Source: Macrostomum lignano
Taxonomy: Eukaryota
Assembly (NCBI GenBank): GCA_002269645.1
Contig: NIVC01000075.1
Coordinates: 124,001 to 188,000, forward strand
DNA length: 64,000 nucleotides
Reading direction: 5' to 3'
A program made the translations under genes and the position numbers. Each line of letters opens with the position of its first letter. Positions within the stretch are counted from its first letter, which is position 1. The notes under the pieces were generated by a model. The model saw nothing but the letters and a program-made list of their open reading frames with translations, did no database searches and was not told where the DNA came from. Positions 11,690-22,434 of this stretch are shown here, in pieces.

Positions 11690-12650
11690 CGCAGTTTGAG
11701 ATAAGCGTACTGGGGCGGCACAACCACATGATAAGGTGCTCAGAGAATTGTGAAATACTGTTATCAAAATTCTTCAGCACTAGCTTGTGGAGAGTGCTTA
11801 AGCACCAAAAACTAAGTACTGATGTAAGACTTAGCGAATGCATCCCTGAAGGCTTTCCCGCAGACTTTGCCAATGTTTGACTTTCATCCTCCATCGTGCG
11901 CGTTGACTTAACGGCTGGAAAGAAAATTGGCAATAGCGGGTTAAAGAGTTTAAAGTTTGCTTTGTTTAAACGGGAGACTGTGGAAAAAAATTTACTTTGG
12001 GGGGAAACTCTTTAGATCCTTCTACCGCTGTGTATAAGTAGCTCGTACAGTAGAAGACTAAGGAGTACCGATATCCGATATTGAGCGGAGCACTCAATGA
12101 TTATGCAGCATGAGTATCGCGAAGGAGAATCCCCGAGGAACCCACGCTAACTATTTGACCTTGAATCACGTGACTATTTCGTGCCTTGCTAGTAATCATT
12201 TATGGCGGCGAAGAATCCCAGAGAAAACCACATTAAACTATGACATCGAATCTGACCTTGAACCCATGGCCTTGAAACCGTATTTGACCTTGAACCCGTA
12301 TTTGAACTTGAACCCATGCGCCTATCTCCTTCGACGAGAGAGACGAGAGTTCAAGTTCAAATACGGGTTTAAGGTGTCTTGCTACATAATCGATAATATT
12401 GCGACAGATGACAAAGAATTCCTGAAGAAACCACACCTACTATTTGACCTTGAATCACGCGAATACCTCGTGCCTTGCTATATAATCGATACTTTTGCGA
12501 CGGAAGACGGAGAATCCCCGAGGAAACTACAACTACCATTTGACCTTGAATCACGCGTCTATTTCGTGTCTTGCTATTACAGCATTGCGATTAAAAATCC
12601 TCTTAAAGCATTTTAAAAATGCTAGTAAAATTAAAAAAAAAGAGTCTCAC

Positions 12651-12876
12651 CCCTCCGTGCCACCTGCAGGCGGTCTCGTGATTGGAATCGCAGTTGAAGA
12701 CCCGCCTGCAGCGTTCGCAGCGTTTCATAGCGTCGCAGCTGTTCAAGCTGGCGACCGCGGTCAGGTGAGGCAGCGGCTGGCGTCGGGCGAAGCCTTGCAC
12801 ACCCATCCGCTCCAGGTGGCACAACTCGGTGCGCCGAAATTCCTGCATTGTTACTAGACTGTGCTCACGCAGTAGT
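12651..12876 (-). CDS. RING/TRAF protein, exon 3
   Basis: Acceptor caacag|A, phase 2. Reads LLREHSLV...MKRCERCRRVFNCDSNHETACRWHGG. Donor GGG|gtgaga, phase 0. Confidence 0.8.
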
Positions 12877-12968
12877 CTGTTGAGACAATTCAAAGTTATT
12901 TTAACTCCAGAAATAATGAGTTACACAGTATAATTTAAAATTTGGTGGCATCGTCAACTGAAGCTTAC

Positions 12969-13115
12969 CTGTAGTGCTCCAGCACGTCCTTGTTGCACTG
13001 CTTCATGCACTGTTTTCTGGCCAATTTCAGCTCTAAATCGTGGCACCGAGCTTTCAACTGGTGCGCCATCAAGTCTTTGTTCAGCATCTGCTTCTTGCAG
13101 ACTCGACATTCCACT
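12969..13115 (-). CDS. RING/TRAF protein, exon 2 (third Zn finger plus helical segment)
   Basis: Acceptor tttag|A and donor AG|gtaagc. 147 nt, phase 2 to phase 2, open frame: RVECRVCKKQMLNKDLMAHQLKARCHDLELKLARKQCMKQCNKDVLEHY. Confidence 0.85.
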
Positions 13116-13356
13116 CTAAATTGGAATATTGATTGGGAAGGGTTTTGGGCTATGGATTATGGTCTTTCTAAAAATGGCTCATTCTATCCCATTCTACACG
13201 AGCTAGCATTCTGTTCCCTCAAGAATCTCTTTCAGTTGTGAGCCTAAAGTGATTGACAAGCATTTTCGACACAGTGAAATGTTGATCCCCAACTATCCTA
13301 TCTCAAAGTCTCACCAGTCTCACCACAAGTCTCACACCAACCCTACCCCGTCTCAC

Positions 13357-13820
13357 CGCTTGAACGGGCACTCGGAGTCGTGCTGTTCAGCCAGCTCCCT
13401 TCTGTACACCTTGGCGCAGCCGGCATGGCCGCAAGCGACCTCCGTCTTGCCGCAGTTGGCGCCAAAATGGCGGCCAAGCTCGGACAGTCGCAGGCCAGTC
13501 GAGCCGCAGCGTTTCGGACAGGACAGGCGGAGGCTGGCCAGCTCAACCCGGATCCAGTTCGGCACGCCTTTACCATTGAGCAGCTGCTCAAGACTCGAAT
13601 CTTCTCCAGAATTATCCAGCACGATTCGATCGTGACAACTCGGGCAGCGGAACAGTTTCTGCCGGCCAGTGGATTTCCTGAGCAGGCAGGTGCTGCAGAC
13701 CAGGTGCTGACCGGAGCACGGCAGGCAGACCGGGCTCTCCAGAACGCAGCCGCAGGCTGAACACTTCACCTCGGATTTGATGGAGTCCGCATTTGGAAAC
13801 AGAGTCAGCTTGTAGCCCAT
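13357..13820 (-). CDS. RING + TRAF-type zinc-finger protein, exon 1
   Basis: ATG at 13820. C3HC4-like RING CSACGC..CSGQHLVCSTC..CPSC, followed by TRAF-type fingers (CPKRC..H...C; CGHAGC..H..EC). Donor CG|gtgaga, phase 2. Confidence 0.88.
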
Positions 13821-14224
13821 GGCTCAGAGCCTGACTGGCCTGACGGCTCTGCGGCTGTCTGGCTCTCTCTTGAAAAGCTGTCTTTAAAAAACAGCACTAT
13901 TGAAGTCTGTTTATACTGGCTCAGTGCGCGGATTGCTCACTCGCACCCCCCTGACAGTATTATTGGGCAAGAGATGGAGAGCGAGGTAGACATGCAGCAG
14001 ACACCTTGGAGAGAGAGGGAGAGAGAGGGAGAGAGAGAGAGACTAGCTAGATGAAATAGCAGTGCAGTGTGGCTTTGGCCGGGGACATCTAAACTATCTG
14101 GACTGGAAGTAGACCTGTACCCACATAAAAAATCCTGCCAACAAAAGAGGAGATGACATGCGAGGAAGGAAGATTAGATGAGATGAAAAGATAGAATAGA
14201 AAGAATGAAAGAAGAGAGGTAATG

Positions 14225-14480
14225 AAACGAAATAAGTAGATGAGATGAGATGAAATGAGATGAGATGCGATAAAATGAGATGAGAGGATGATAGGAAATG
14301 GTATTAAATGAGTGGATGAATGAATGAGAAGATATGAGGAGAGGAGAGGAAAGGAGAGGAGAGGAGAGGACAGAAGAGGAGAGGAGAGGAGAGGAGAGGA
14401 GAGGAGAGGAGAGGAGAGGAGAGGAGAGGAGAGGAGAAAAGAGCAGAGGAAAGGAGAGCAGACGAGAGGAGAAGACGGTA
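14225..14480. repeat. (GATGA)n / (GAGAG)n polypurine tract
   Basis: Low-complexity sequence; a similar tract lies at ~15205-15360. Confidence 0.9.
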
Positions 14481-16194
14481 AAAACAACATTGCAGTGAAT
14501 TCCTATTCAAAACTTTTCAACTTGTTATAAATGGTTGAGAATTTTTTCTACGGTACAATTACATTAGACGCTAAAGTAAGGGTCATGCGTCGTTTTGAAG
14601 TAGTTCATAAATCAGTGAAGGTGTCCCGCTAATTTCGTCAATTCCTCTTGTGTGGCAAATTTCGCAAGACTTGGCGTTGGGGTACAGACTTCTACGAGCT
14701 ACTAGTCCAAATTTGTCAGATGTCCTTGGATAGAGTTTTGGGTGCTTATTAGAAACTGCATCTCCTCTACTCCATTATATTCTCAGCGCAGCAAAACCGC
14801 TTGGAGTCTACACTCCGATATGAATGCGGGGTTTTATTCATCTCTTTTTGAAAAGCAGGCCCCAAAGCTGTCAGCTCTAAGGCAAAAAATGGAAGAGTGG
14901 GCAGACAGAGAAGCTTGGAGGCTATTGAGGTGGATAGATCCATACCAATATGAGAAGCGCATGTTGTTCATAGCCTGCGCAAAATATTAGGCAGGCACAA
15001 TGATAGTTGAAGACAGGGTAACGTCAAAATAGGTTTATTAAAAATTATATGAAGCTACATTGAACCTTTTGATAGAGCTAAGGCCTTTGTCCAGTGCAAG
15101 GCATTGTATCAGTCAGTGTGCCTGGGAAGTTAATAAATGCATTTTTATTATCCTACTTAATAATTGCTTCGGTGCGAAAGTGATAAGAGGGCCAAGGCAA
15201 AAAATAAACAGAGAGGAGAGGAGAGCAGAGGAGGTGAGGTGAGGTGAGAGGAGAGGAGAGGAGGTGAGGTGAGGTGAGGTGAGAGGAGAGGAAGGGAGAG
15301 GATGTAGAGAGGGGAGAGGGGAAGGCAGAGGAGAGAAGAGAGACGGTGTGTGGAGAGGAGAGTGCATGATATGGATGGCTATAATTCTTTGTACGCTCGT
15401 ATATTTCTAAGAGTTCTGCAGTTGCCTAACTCTCATAAAAAGTATACAAAATTTAGCAATCTTTTATCACTCTACTGTAAGTAATACTAGTAAGATTTTA
15501 TTTATATCTCAAGTCACGTAAATAGATGAACTCTCACGAATTTTTCTCTTTTTCTCTAATAATCAATCATGCATTATTCCGAATGTCACTAAAATTTATT
15601 CAATTCGACAACCTTATTCAAGAATTTCAATCCAATTATTCACAAAGCAGTTATTTCTATGCACATGCATTACATTAATCAAAATCAGAAAAATGCAAAA
15701 AAATCAACGGACTCTGACTATTCGGCACACTAGCTCGTATTCTCTGGCTGAACGCGTGAAGCTTGCGTTCCGGCATCCCTACCCCGAGGGGACAAAAATG
15801 TAGAGGAGCGGGAACTGATGCGCCCGCCCCCAGCATTGACTTCCTTCAAAAATACGAGTATCTATAGGTAAAAAAAGACAGGATGCGAATTTCGCGAGCG
15901 GCATATTTGGGAAAATTACAACCCAGCTTCCCCAGTTTCAGGCCGCGCTCTCGGCAAGCTGGGACTTTCTCTTTGAGTAGCAAATTGCACAGGCGGCCCA
16001 ACTCCGCTGCTTCTTTGCAGCCCCGGGGCTCCCGGCCGCTCCCTGATCTCCTCCTCATTAGCGAATTCGGCCTGACCGAAGGAGACGCGGGACGAGAGAC
16101 GAAGGGATGGAGGATGACATGCAGGCTGTTGTTTTTGTGTGAGCTCGCAGGCAGGGGCTGCGACGGAATTCAGCGAGGGTTCAAGTAAACAAGT

Positions 16195-17310
16195 GAGAGG
16201 TAAAGATAGGAAGATAGGAGAGTTAAGAGAGGAAGGGACTGCGGAAGGGGGAGAGAGGAAGGAAAAGAGGAAGGAAGAAAAGAAAGGATAGAGAAAGGGA
16301 GAGAGGAAGGGAGAGAGGAAGGGGAGAGGAAGAGAGAGAAGGAGGGAGAGAGAAAGGGAGAGAGTAAGGGAGGGAGGGAGGGAGGAAGGAAGGAAGGGAG
16401 GAAGGGAGAGAGGAAGGGAGGGAGGAAGGAAGGGAGGAAGGAAGAGAGGAAAGGAGAAAGAAGGGAGAGAAGAAGGGAGAGAGAAAGGGAGAGAGGAAGG
16501 GAGAGAGGAAGGAAGAGAGGAAAGGAGAAAGAAGGGAGAGAAGAAGGGAGAGAGAAAGGGAGGGAGGAAGGAAGGGAGGAAGGAAGAGAGGAAAGGAGAA
16601 AGAAGGGAGAGAAGAAGGGAGAGAGAGAAAGGGAGAGAAGAAGGGAGAGAGAAAGGGAGAGAGAAAGGGAGAGAGGAAGGGAGAGAGGAAGGAAAAGAGG
16701 AAGGAAGAAAAGAAAGGATAGAAAAAGGGAGAGAGGAAGGGAGAGAGGAAGGGGAGAGGAAGGGAGAGAAGGAGGGAGAGAGAAAGGGAGAGAGTAAGGG
16801 AGGGAGGGAGGGAGGAAGGAAGGAAGGGAGGAAGGGAGAGAGGAAGGGAGGGAGGAAGGAAGGGAGGAAGGAAGAGAGGAAAGGAGAAAGAAGGGAGAGA
16901 AGAAGGGAGAGAGAAAGGGAGAGAGGAAGGGAGAGAGGAAGGAAGAGAGGAAAGGAGAAAGAAGGGAGAGAAGAAGGGAGAGAGAAAGGGAGGGAGGAAG
17001 GAAGGGAGGAAGGAAGAGAGGAAAGGAGAAAGAAGGGAGAGAAGAAGGGAGAGAGAGAAAGGGAGAGAAGAAGGGAGAGAGAAAGGGAGAGAGAAAGGGA
17101 GAGAGGAAGGGAGAGAGGAAGGAAAAGAGGAAGGAAGAAAAGAAAGGATAGAAAAAGGGAGAGAGGAAGGGAGAGAGGAAGGGGAGAGGAAGGGAGAGAA
17201 GGAGGGAGAGAGAAAGGGAGAGAGTAAGGGAGGGAGGGAGGGAGGAAGGAAGGAAGGGAGGAAGGGAGAGAGGAAGGGAGGGAGGAAGGAAGGGAGGAAG
17301 GGAGAGAGGA
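16195..17310. repeat. Pure G/A polypurine tract with a 430-bp higher-order period
   Basis: The marker ggaaaagaggaaggaagaaaagaaaggatag occurs at 16261, 16691 and 17121. Confidence 0.92.
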
Positions 17311-18317
17311 ATGGAACTGTAGGGTGAGTTAGGAAAACACACATCGAGCCAGTTATTACCTGCAAAAAACCAAATAATAACAGTCTGATTTGAGTTGGTA
17401 TTTTTGCAGTTTTCTCCAAGACCGAAAGCCTGCCTTTCACAGGCAAACACTAAGCAACAGTCGCAGAACACAAAGAGTAATATTTAGCAGAGCACTGCAC
17501 TAAAGAAGGCCCGAACAACCGACTTTCCCCATCGTTTCGGCTGGGAATCTCTTTACCCTATTTCACAAGAGCCCCAGAGCTCTTTCTATTTGTTCAGCTC
17601 TTGCTTGCTGAAAACTGCAATATAATCGATGGGTTTTTACTGCAGAGCTGCGGGAAAAACGAAATGAAAATGAAAAGGGAGTCGCTGAACTAAAGAAAAG
17701 GCTGAGACAGACTGACGACAGGGACAAGCATAGGGGATGCAAATTCCCTCAATTTGAGCAATTCTCGCTTTCTATGGGACAGGCAGAAGGAGAAAATCAC
17801 GTTTAGGTGTAGGCTGCGAGTAAACAATGAGTAGACTAAGTGTAGATAATGGCGAGACTGAGATTAGACTTGCTGTATTTTACTTGCTGTAAAATATCTA
17901 TATAGAATATAATCGATATGTATAGGTTAGTAGACAATGTGTAGAATTGGAGTACATCATTGGTAGATTGATCAATTTAAAGGGCAGACATTGAGTAGAA
18001 ATGACACATTGAGTTTATTTAGTAGGAGCTCCTTAATATCACTATTTTCAAATAAAATTCAAACAGTGAAGAACAGTTTTTTAGCGAAGCATTTATCTTT
18101 AAACGATGAACTTAGCACTTTTATTATTTTATCATACTTTTGTTTTCAAAGCAACAGCTGACTTCTTCTACACTGGCTAAAGAGAGGGTGCAGGCAAGAC
18201 GATCGATGGAAATTTCACAGTGCAAATCAGATCAGCGCGGACGAATCACAAATTCTACTTGATATAATAATAATAATTAATTCAATTGATTACGCACACC
18301 TGCCCTAATGGGTAGAT

Positions 18318-18415
18318 GTGCAACCGACACAGCTAACAGCTGGGTGAACTGAAGCGGGTCGAGAATCGAACCCCCGACCTTTCAGTCGTGAGTCCGACGC
18401 TCTAACCACCTGGCT
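18318..18415 (-). mobile_element. tRNA-derived SINE, internally deleted copy
   Basis: Minus strand carries Pol III A-box (GGTGGTTAG) and B-box (GGTTCGATTC), then TTCAGTTCACCCAGCTGT. Nearly identical to the copy at ~38490-38734. Confidence 0.75.
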
Positions 18416-19029
18416 ACAACCCCAAATTAGCTTTATAAAGCACGAGTATACAATTAGTGACTAATTAAGCTTAAGTAGTGACTTAGAAAAGTAAACAAAC
18501 AGCGAGTAAGAATACAAGACAGGGACTTCAGACACACCAGCATTGAAGGAACCCGAAACCAGCCAGTGCAAACTCAAAATCATATTTTCCCGGCTATGCA
18601 TAGGAACTACTTGATAAAAATGACGAGACTCAAAGAGAATTATAACATGAAAGATGTTATTAATTAAAGCGAGCAATATGGAAACAAAAAACAGAATCAA
18701 ACATTGCGGTACAACTGAGAATGAAGCCAATTTACCTGACTGCTTAGGGGATGTCCTACTTGAAGAACTTTAATTAATTAACGAATAAGGGTTTAGCTAA
18801 GAAATAAAATAGAGCACATCATTACTTCTACTGAGAAACTAGTTTTAGTACGGTGGGACCAATAAAGTAACGGAGTCACTGCAAGTATCGAACTATAAGT
18901 TGAGTACGGCGGAACCTTAAAAATATCTTATAAGCTGTTGCAAGCGAACAACACAAACAGTTTCATCGGCATTCACAATCTGCTATATCAATTGAATCTG
19001 GAGCTATCTTCATAACTCCATGAGACTGG

Positions 19030-19620
19030 TCAGTCTCTCAGGTCCGGGACAGACTCCAGGCTGCCGAATATGGTGGCGAGCTGCTGCTGGTAGGTGTCGA
19101 TTGACCGCCGCATGATGTCCAGGCACGGCCCGAGCAGGCGTTCGAACGAACCAACGTCCAGCACGGCGACTTTGCATCGACCGCCGCAGGCGTAGACGCT
19201 GGCGGCTCGAGGCTGTTTAGTCAGCAGGGCCAGCTCGCCGAAGTAGCCGCCTTTGCCAAGCCGCGAGATCTCCACCTCCTCGCCGCCGTCCCCGCGACGG
19301 CAAGTGATTCGAACTTCGCCATCTTCAACGAAGAACATCTCGTTGCCAAGTTCGCCTTGGGCGATGATTCTCTCACCGTCGGCGCAGCTTTTCGATTTAA
19401 GAGCGTCCGCTACGCTCATCCGCTCGTACGGAGCGAGCTGCTTGAGCAGGGGCACCGATTCCAGCAGAGTCTCGTACATGACGCGCTTCTGGAAGGCCTT
19501 CTTCAGCACTAGACGCCGGAAGGTGTCCCGGTCCATGGCCCACAGGCTGCCCGGCTCGGCGCAGACAATGGTGGCCGCGCGTGGCGCGTTGTACATCAGA
19601 GCGAGCTCGCCGAAGGAGCC
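19030..19620 (-). CDS. prkar2: PKA regulatory subunit, exon 2 (rest of CNB-A and all of CNB-B)
   Basis: Acceptor cccccag|GGC. Phosphate-binding cassettes GSFGELALMYNAPRAAT and GYFGELALLTKQPRAAS. Joined CDS is 1233 nt (410 aa). Confidence 0.96.
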   Translation of the reverse strand, partial: GSFGELALMYNAPRAATIVCAEPGSLWAMDRDTFRRLVLKKAFQKRVMYETLLESVPLLKQLAPYERMSVADALKSKSCADGERIIAQGELGNEMFFVEDGEVRITCRRGDGGEEVEISRLGKGGYFGELALLTKQPRAASVYACGGRCKVAVLDVGSFERLLGPCLDIMRRSIDTYQQQLATIFGSLESVPDLRD

Positions 19621-19866
19621 CTGGGGGATGTGCATTAGGTTATCAACTTGATCATGGCGCCACTATATCGCTATATCGATTTCAAGCCTGGCGGGTGCTA
19701 AAGGCACGCGGCCATCGAGCAAAAAATGGTGTGGTCACACAGGACTTGGACAAAAAATATTGTGTAGCTCTGTATAGTTACTCTTTAATGATTTGATTTG
19801 ATGATTTGATAACGGTTTTGATTATGGTTATGATTTGACGGCACAAGAGAGAACAGGACACGACTG

Positions 19867-19883
19867 ACTAACTAACTAACTAG

Positions 19884-19951
<68 letters not shown>

Positions 19952-19952
19952 T

Positions 19953-20006
<54 letters not shown>

Positions 20007-20106
20007 GCTAACTAACTAACTAACTAACTAACTGACTAACTAACTAACTGACTAACTAACTAACTAACTAACTGACTGACTAACTAACTAACTAACTAAC
20101 TAACTG

Positions 20107-20137
<31 letters not shown>

Positions 20138-20138
20138 G

Positions 20139-20173
<35 letters not shown>

Positions 20174-20216
20174 GACTGACTAACTAACTAACTAACTAAC
20201 TGACTAACTAACTAAT

Positions 20217-20294
<78 letters not shown>

Positions 20295-20339
20295 GCTAAC
20301 TAACTAGCTAGCTAACTAACTAACTAACTAACTAGCTAG

Positions 20340-20387
<48 letters not shown>

Positions 20388-20388
20388 T

Positions 20389-20426
<38 letters not shown>

Positions 20427-20568
20427 GCTAACTAACTAGCTAGCTAACTAACTAACTAACTAGCTAACTAACTAACTAACTAACTAACTAAACTAGCTAA
20501 CTAACTAGCTAACTAACTAACTAACTAACTAACTAGCTAACTAACTAACTAACTAACTAACTAGCTAG

Positions 20569-20616
<48 letters not shown>

Positions 20617-20617
20617 T

Positions 20618-20655
<38 letters not shown>

Positions 20656-20822
20656 GCTAACTAACTAGCTAGCTAACTAACTAACTAACTAGCTAACTAA
20701 CTAACTAACTAACTAACTAAACTAGCTAACTAACTAGCTAACTAACTAACTAACTAACTAACTAGCTAACTAACTAACTAACTAACTAGCTAACTAACTA
20801 ACTAACTAACTAGTTAACTAAC
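19867..20822. repeat. (TAAC)n microsatellite, ~955 bp, filling most of the PKA-R intron
   Basis: Direct; occasional TAGC, TGAC and TAAT variants. Confidence 0.98.
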
Positions 20823-20873
20823 AAGACTATATGTAACCCCGCACTGTAAATCAGCTGAGACGTCAGGCCTCAC

Positions 20874-21515
20874 CTGGTTATTGTACTGCCCAACTTTAGT
20901 GTCCTTCCCGTCGATCAGCACGTAGATGTCGTACACCCCGGACTCGATCACGTAGAAATTGTCGCCGTCCTCGCCCTGAGTGATGATCCGGTCGCCAGGC
21001 TCGCTGCGCCGTTCGAACATGGCGTTGATGACGTCACACTTCTGGTCCTCGTCGAGGCACTGGAACAGCACAATGTGAGACACGGCCTGGTTGAGCCGAC
21101 GTCGCTGCTCGTCGGACTTCGGGTGCGTCACAATGGGCCTTGCCGCATCGGCCGGGTCCTCCCTCTCCGGGTCGAAGCTCTCGCCGGCCACCGCCACCCG
21201 GCGAGTGCCGCGGCGAGGCGGCGGCGCCGTAATCGGCGGCTCGTCTTCGTCGACGTCTTTCGGTGACATCGGCGTCTCCGAGTCCTGTTGCTCCTTCTCG
21301 GCTGGCGGCGCCAAGGACGCTTCAACTGGTTTCTGGCTGGACATTCGGCCTATTCGCAATCTGGTGAAATATTCAACCGCAAAGTCTACAGCATCGTCGG
21401 GCGATTGGCGCAGGACGGCAACGGCAAAGTCCTGCAGGAGTTCGCGAAATCCGGCCGGCACTTGGGGCTGTCGACGAGTGGCAGCAGACGGCCTGGAGTC
21501 AGCTGAGCTGCTCAT
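20874..21515 (-). CDS. prkar2: cAMP-dependent protein kinase regulatory subunit (RII-type D/D domain), exon 1
   Basis: ATG at 21515. [36 protein letters not shown] is an RIIa docking/dimerisation domain, followed by the inhibitor site RRVAVAGE and the start of CNB-A. Donor CAG|gtgagg, phase 0. Confidence 0.95.
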
Positions 21516-22434
21516 GGCTCTCTCACCAGCTGCTATGGGATTTATACCCGCGCGCACACAACAGGGGAACCGGTCTGCCCTTCTGGCACACTCCGCACAC
21601 ACGCTTAGCCGGGGGGGGGGGCGGTGGAACTTGGGGGTGGCTGACGGGGGATTAGGCGGGAATGAGACCCTAGCTGAGCCTGAGAGAGAGAGATTTTTCG
21701 GGGGACTGGAGTCGGGGCAGAAAATCGATTGGTATTCTGTTGCGCGAGTAGAGTGGCTTGGCTTTAGACTCCCTTCTTCTTCTTCTTCCTCTCTCCTCCC
21801 CTTTTGCCGCTTTTTCTTTTCCTCGCTTTCTATTTTCCTTGTGGGCAGTTTAGCGACCTAAGTAAATTGGTTCGGCAGTCAGTAGCAGCAGTGTGGAGTT
21901 CTTCTAGTCAGCCAGTGTGCTCTCCGGGGGGAGCAGATTGAATATTGCAATACGCCGAGTGGCTTCCGCGAATCCTTCCTAAAGGGATTATAAAGGCCTG
22001 ACTGGGTTTGCTTGGCTTGCTTTCTTTTTAAAAAGGAGGCAGCAGAGACTGTCGGAATCGAGCCGAAAGGGGAGGTGAGGAGTGCTCCGAGTTGCTCCAG
22101 GGAAAGGGGACGACAAGCCGGGAGCACTGGATAGATGGATGCGATGAGCGAAGGGGGGGCAGACGGAGAGTGAGAGCGCGAGTGAGAAGATTGAATGACA
22201 AGGTCGTCTTGGAGGGGTAGAGATGCGAGAGCAGATCGGATCAAACAGCTGCTGGTGAGACGGTTCGCGCGGACAAAGCAGCAGCATTGACAGAAGCTGA
22301 ATGGCTAGTAGGGGAGAGAGAAACTAGTGTGAGTGAAAGTCAGACCTGATTTGGCCCGAGGCTGGCTAGGACAGGTAGAAAAAACTCGGCTCAGTTCGGA
22401 GTTTGAGAGTGGACTGAGGACCTGACCGGCAACA

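Noticed and set aside
12110-12616. 168-aa ORF on the + strand
   Set aside because: Built from about four degenerate copies of a TTTGACCTTGAATCACG-containing unit inside the RING-gene intron.
14742-14990. 82-aa ORF as a gene or transposase fragment
   Set aside because: No recognisable motif or splice context; cannot be supported without a search.
16170-17471. Long Leu/Pro/Ser/Phe ORFs here and at 36819-38084
   Set aside because: They are the pyrimidine strand of polypurine tracts, which cannot contain stops.
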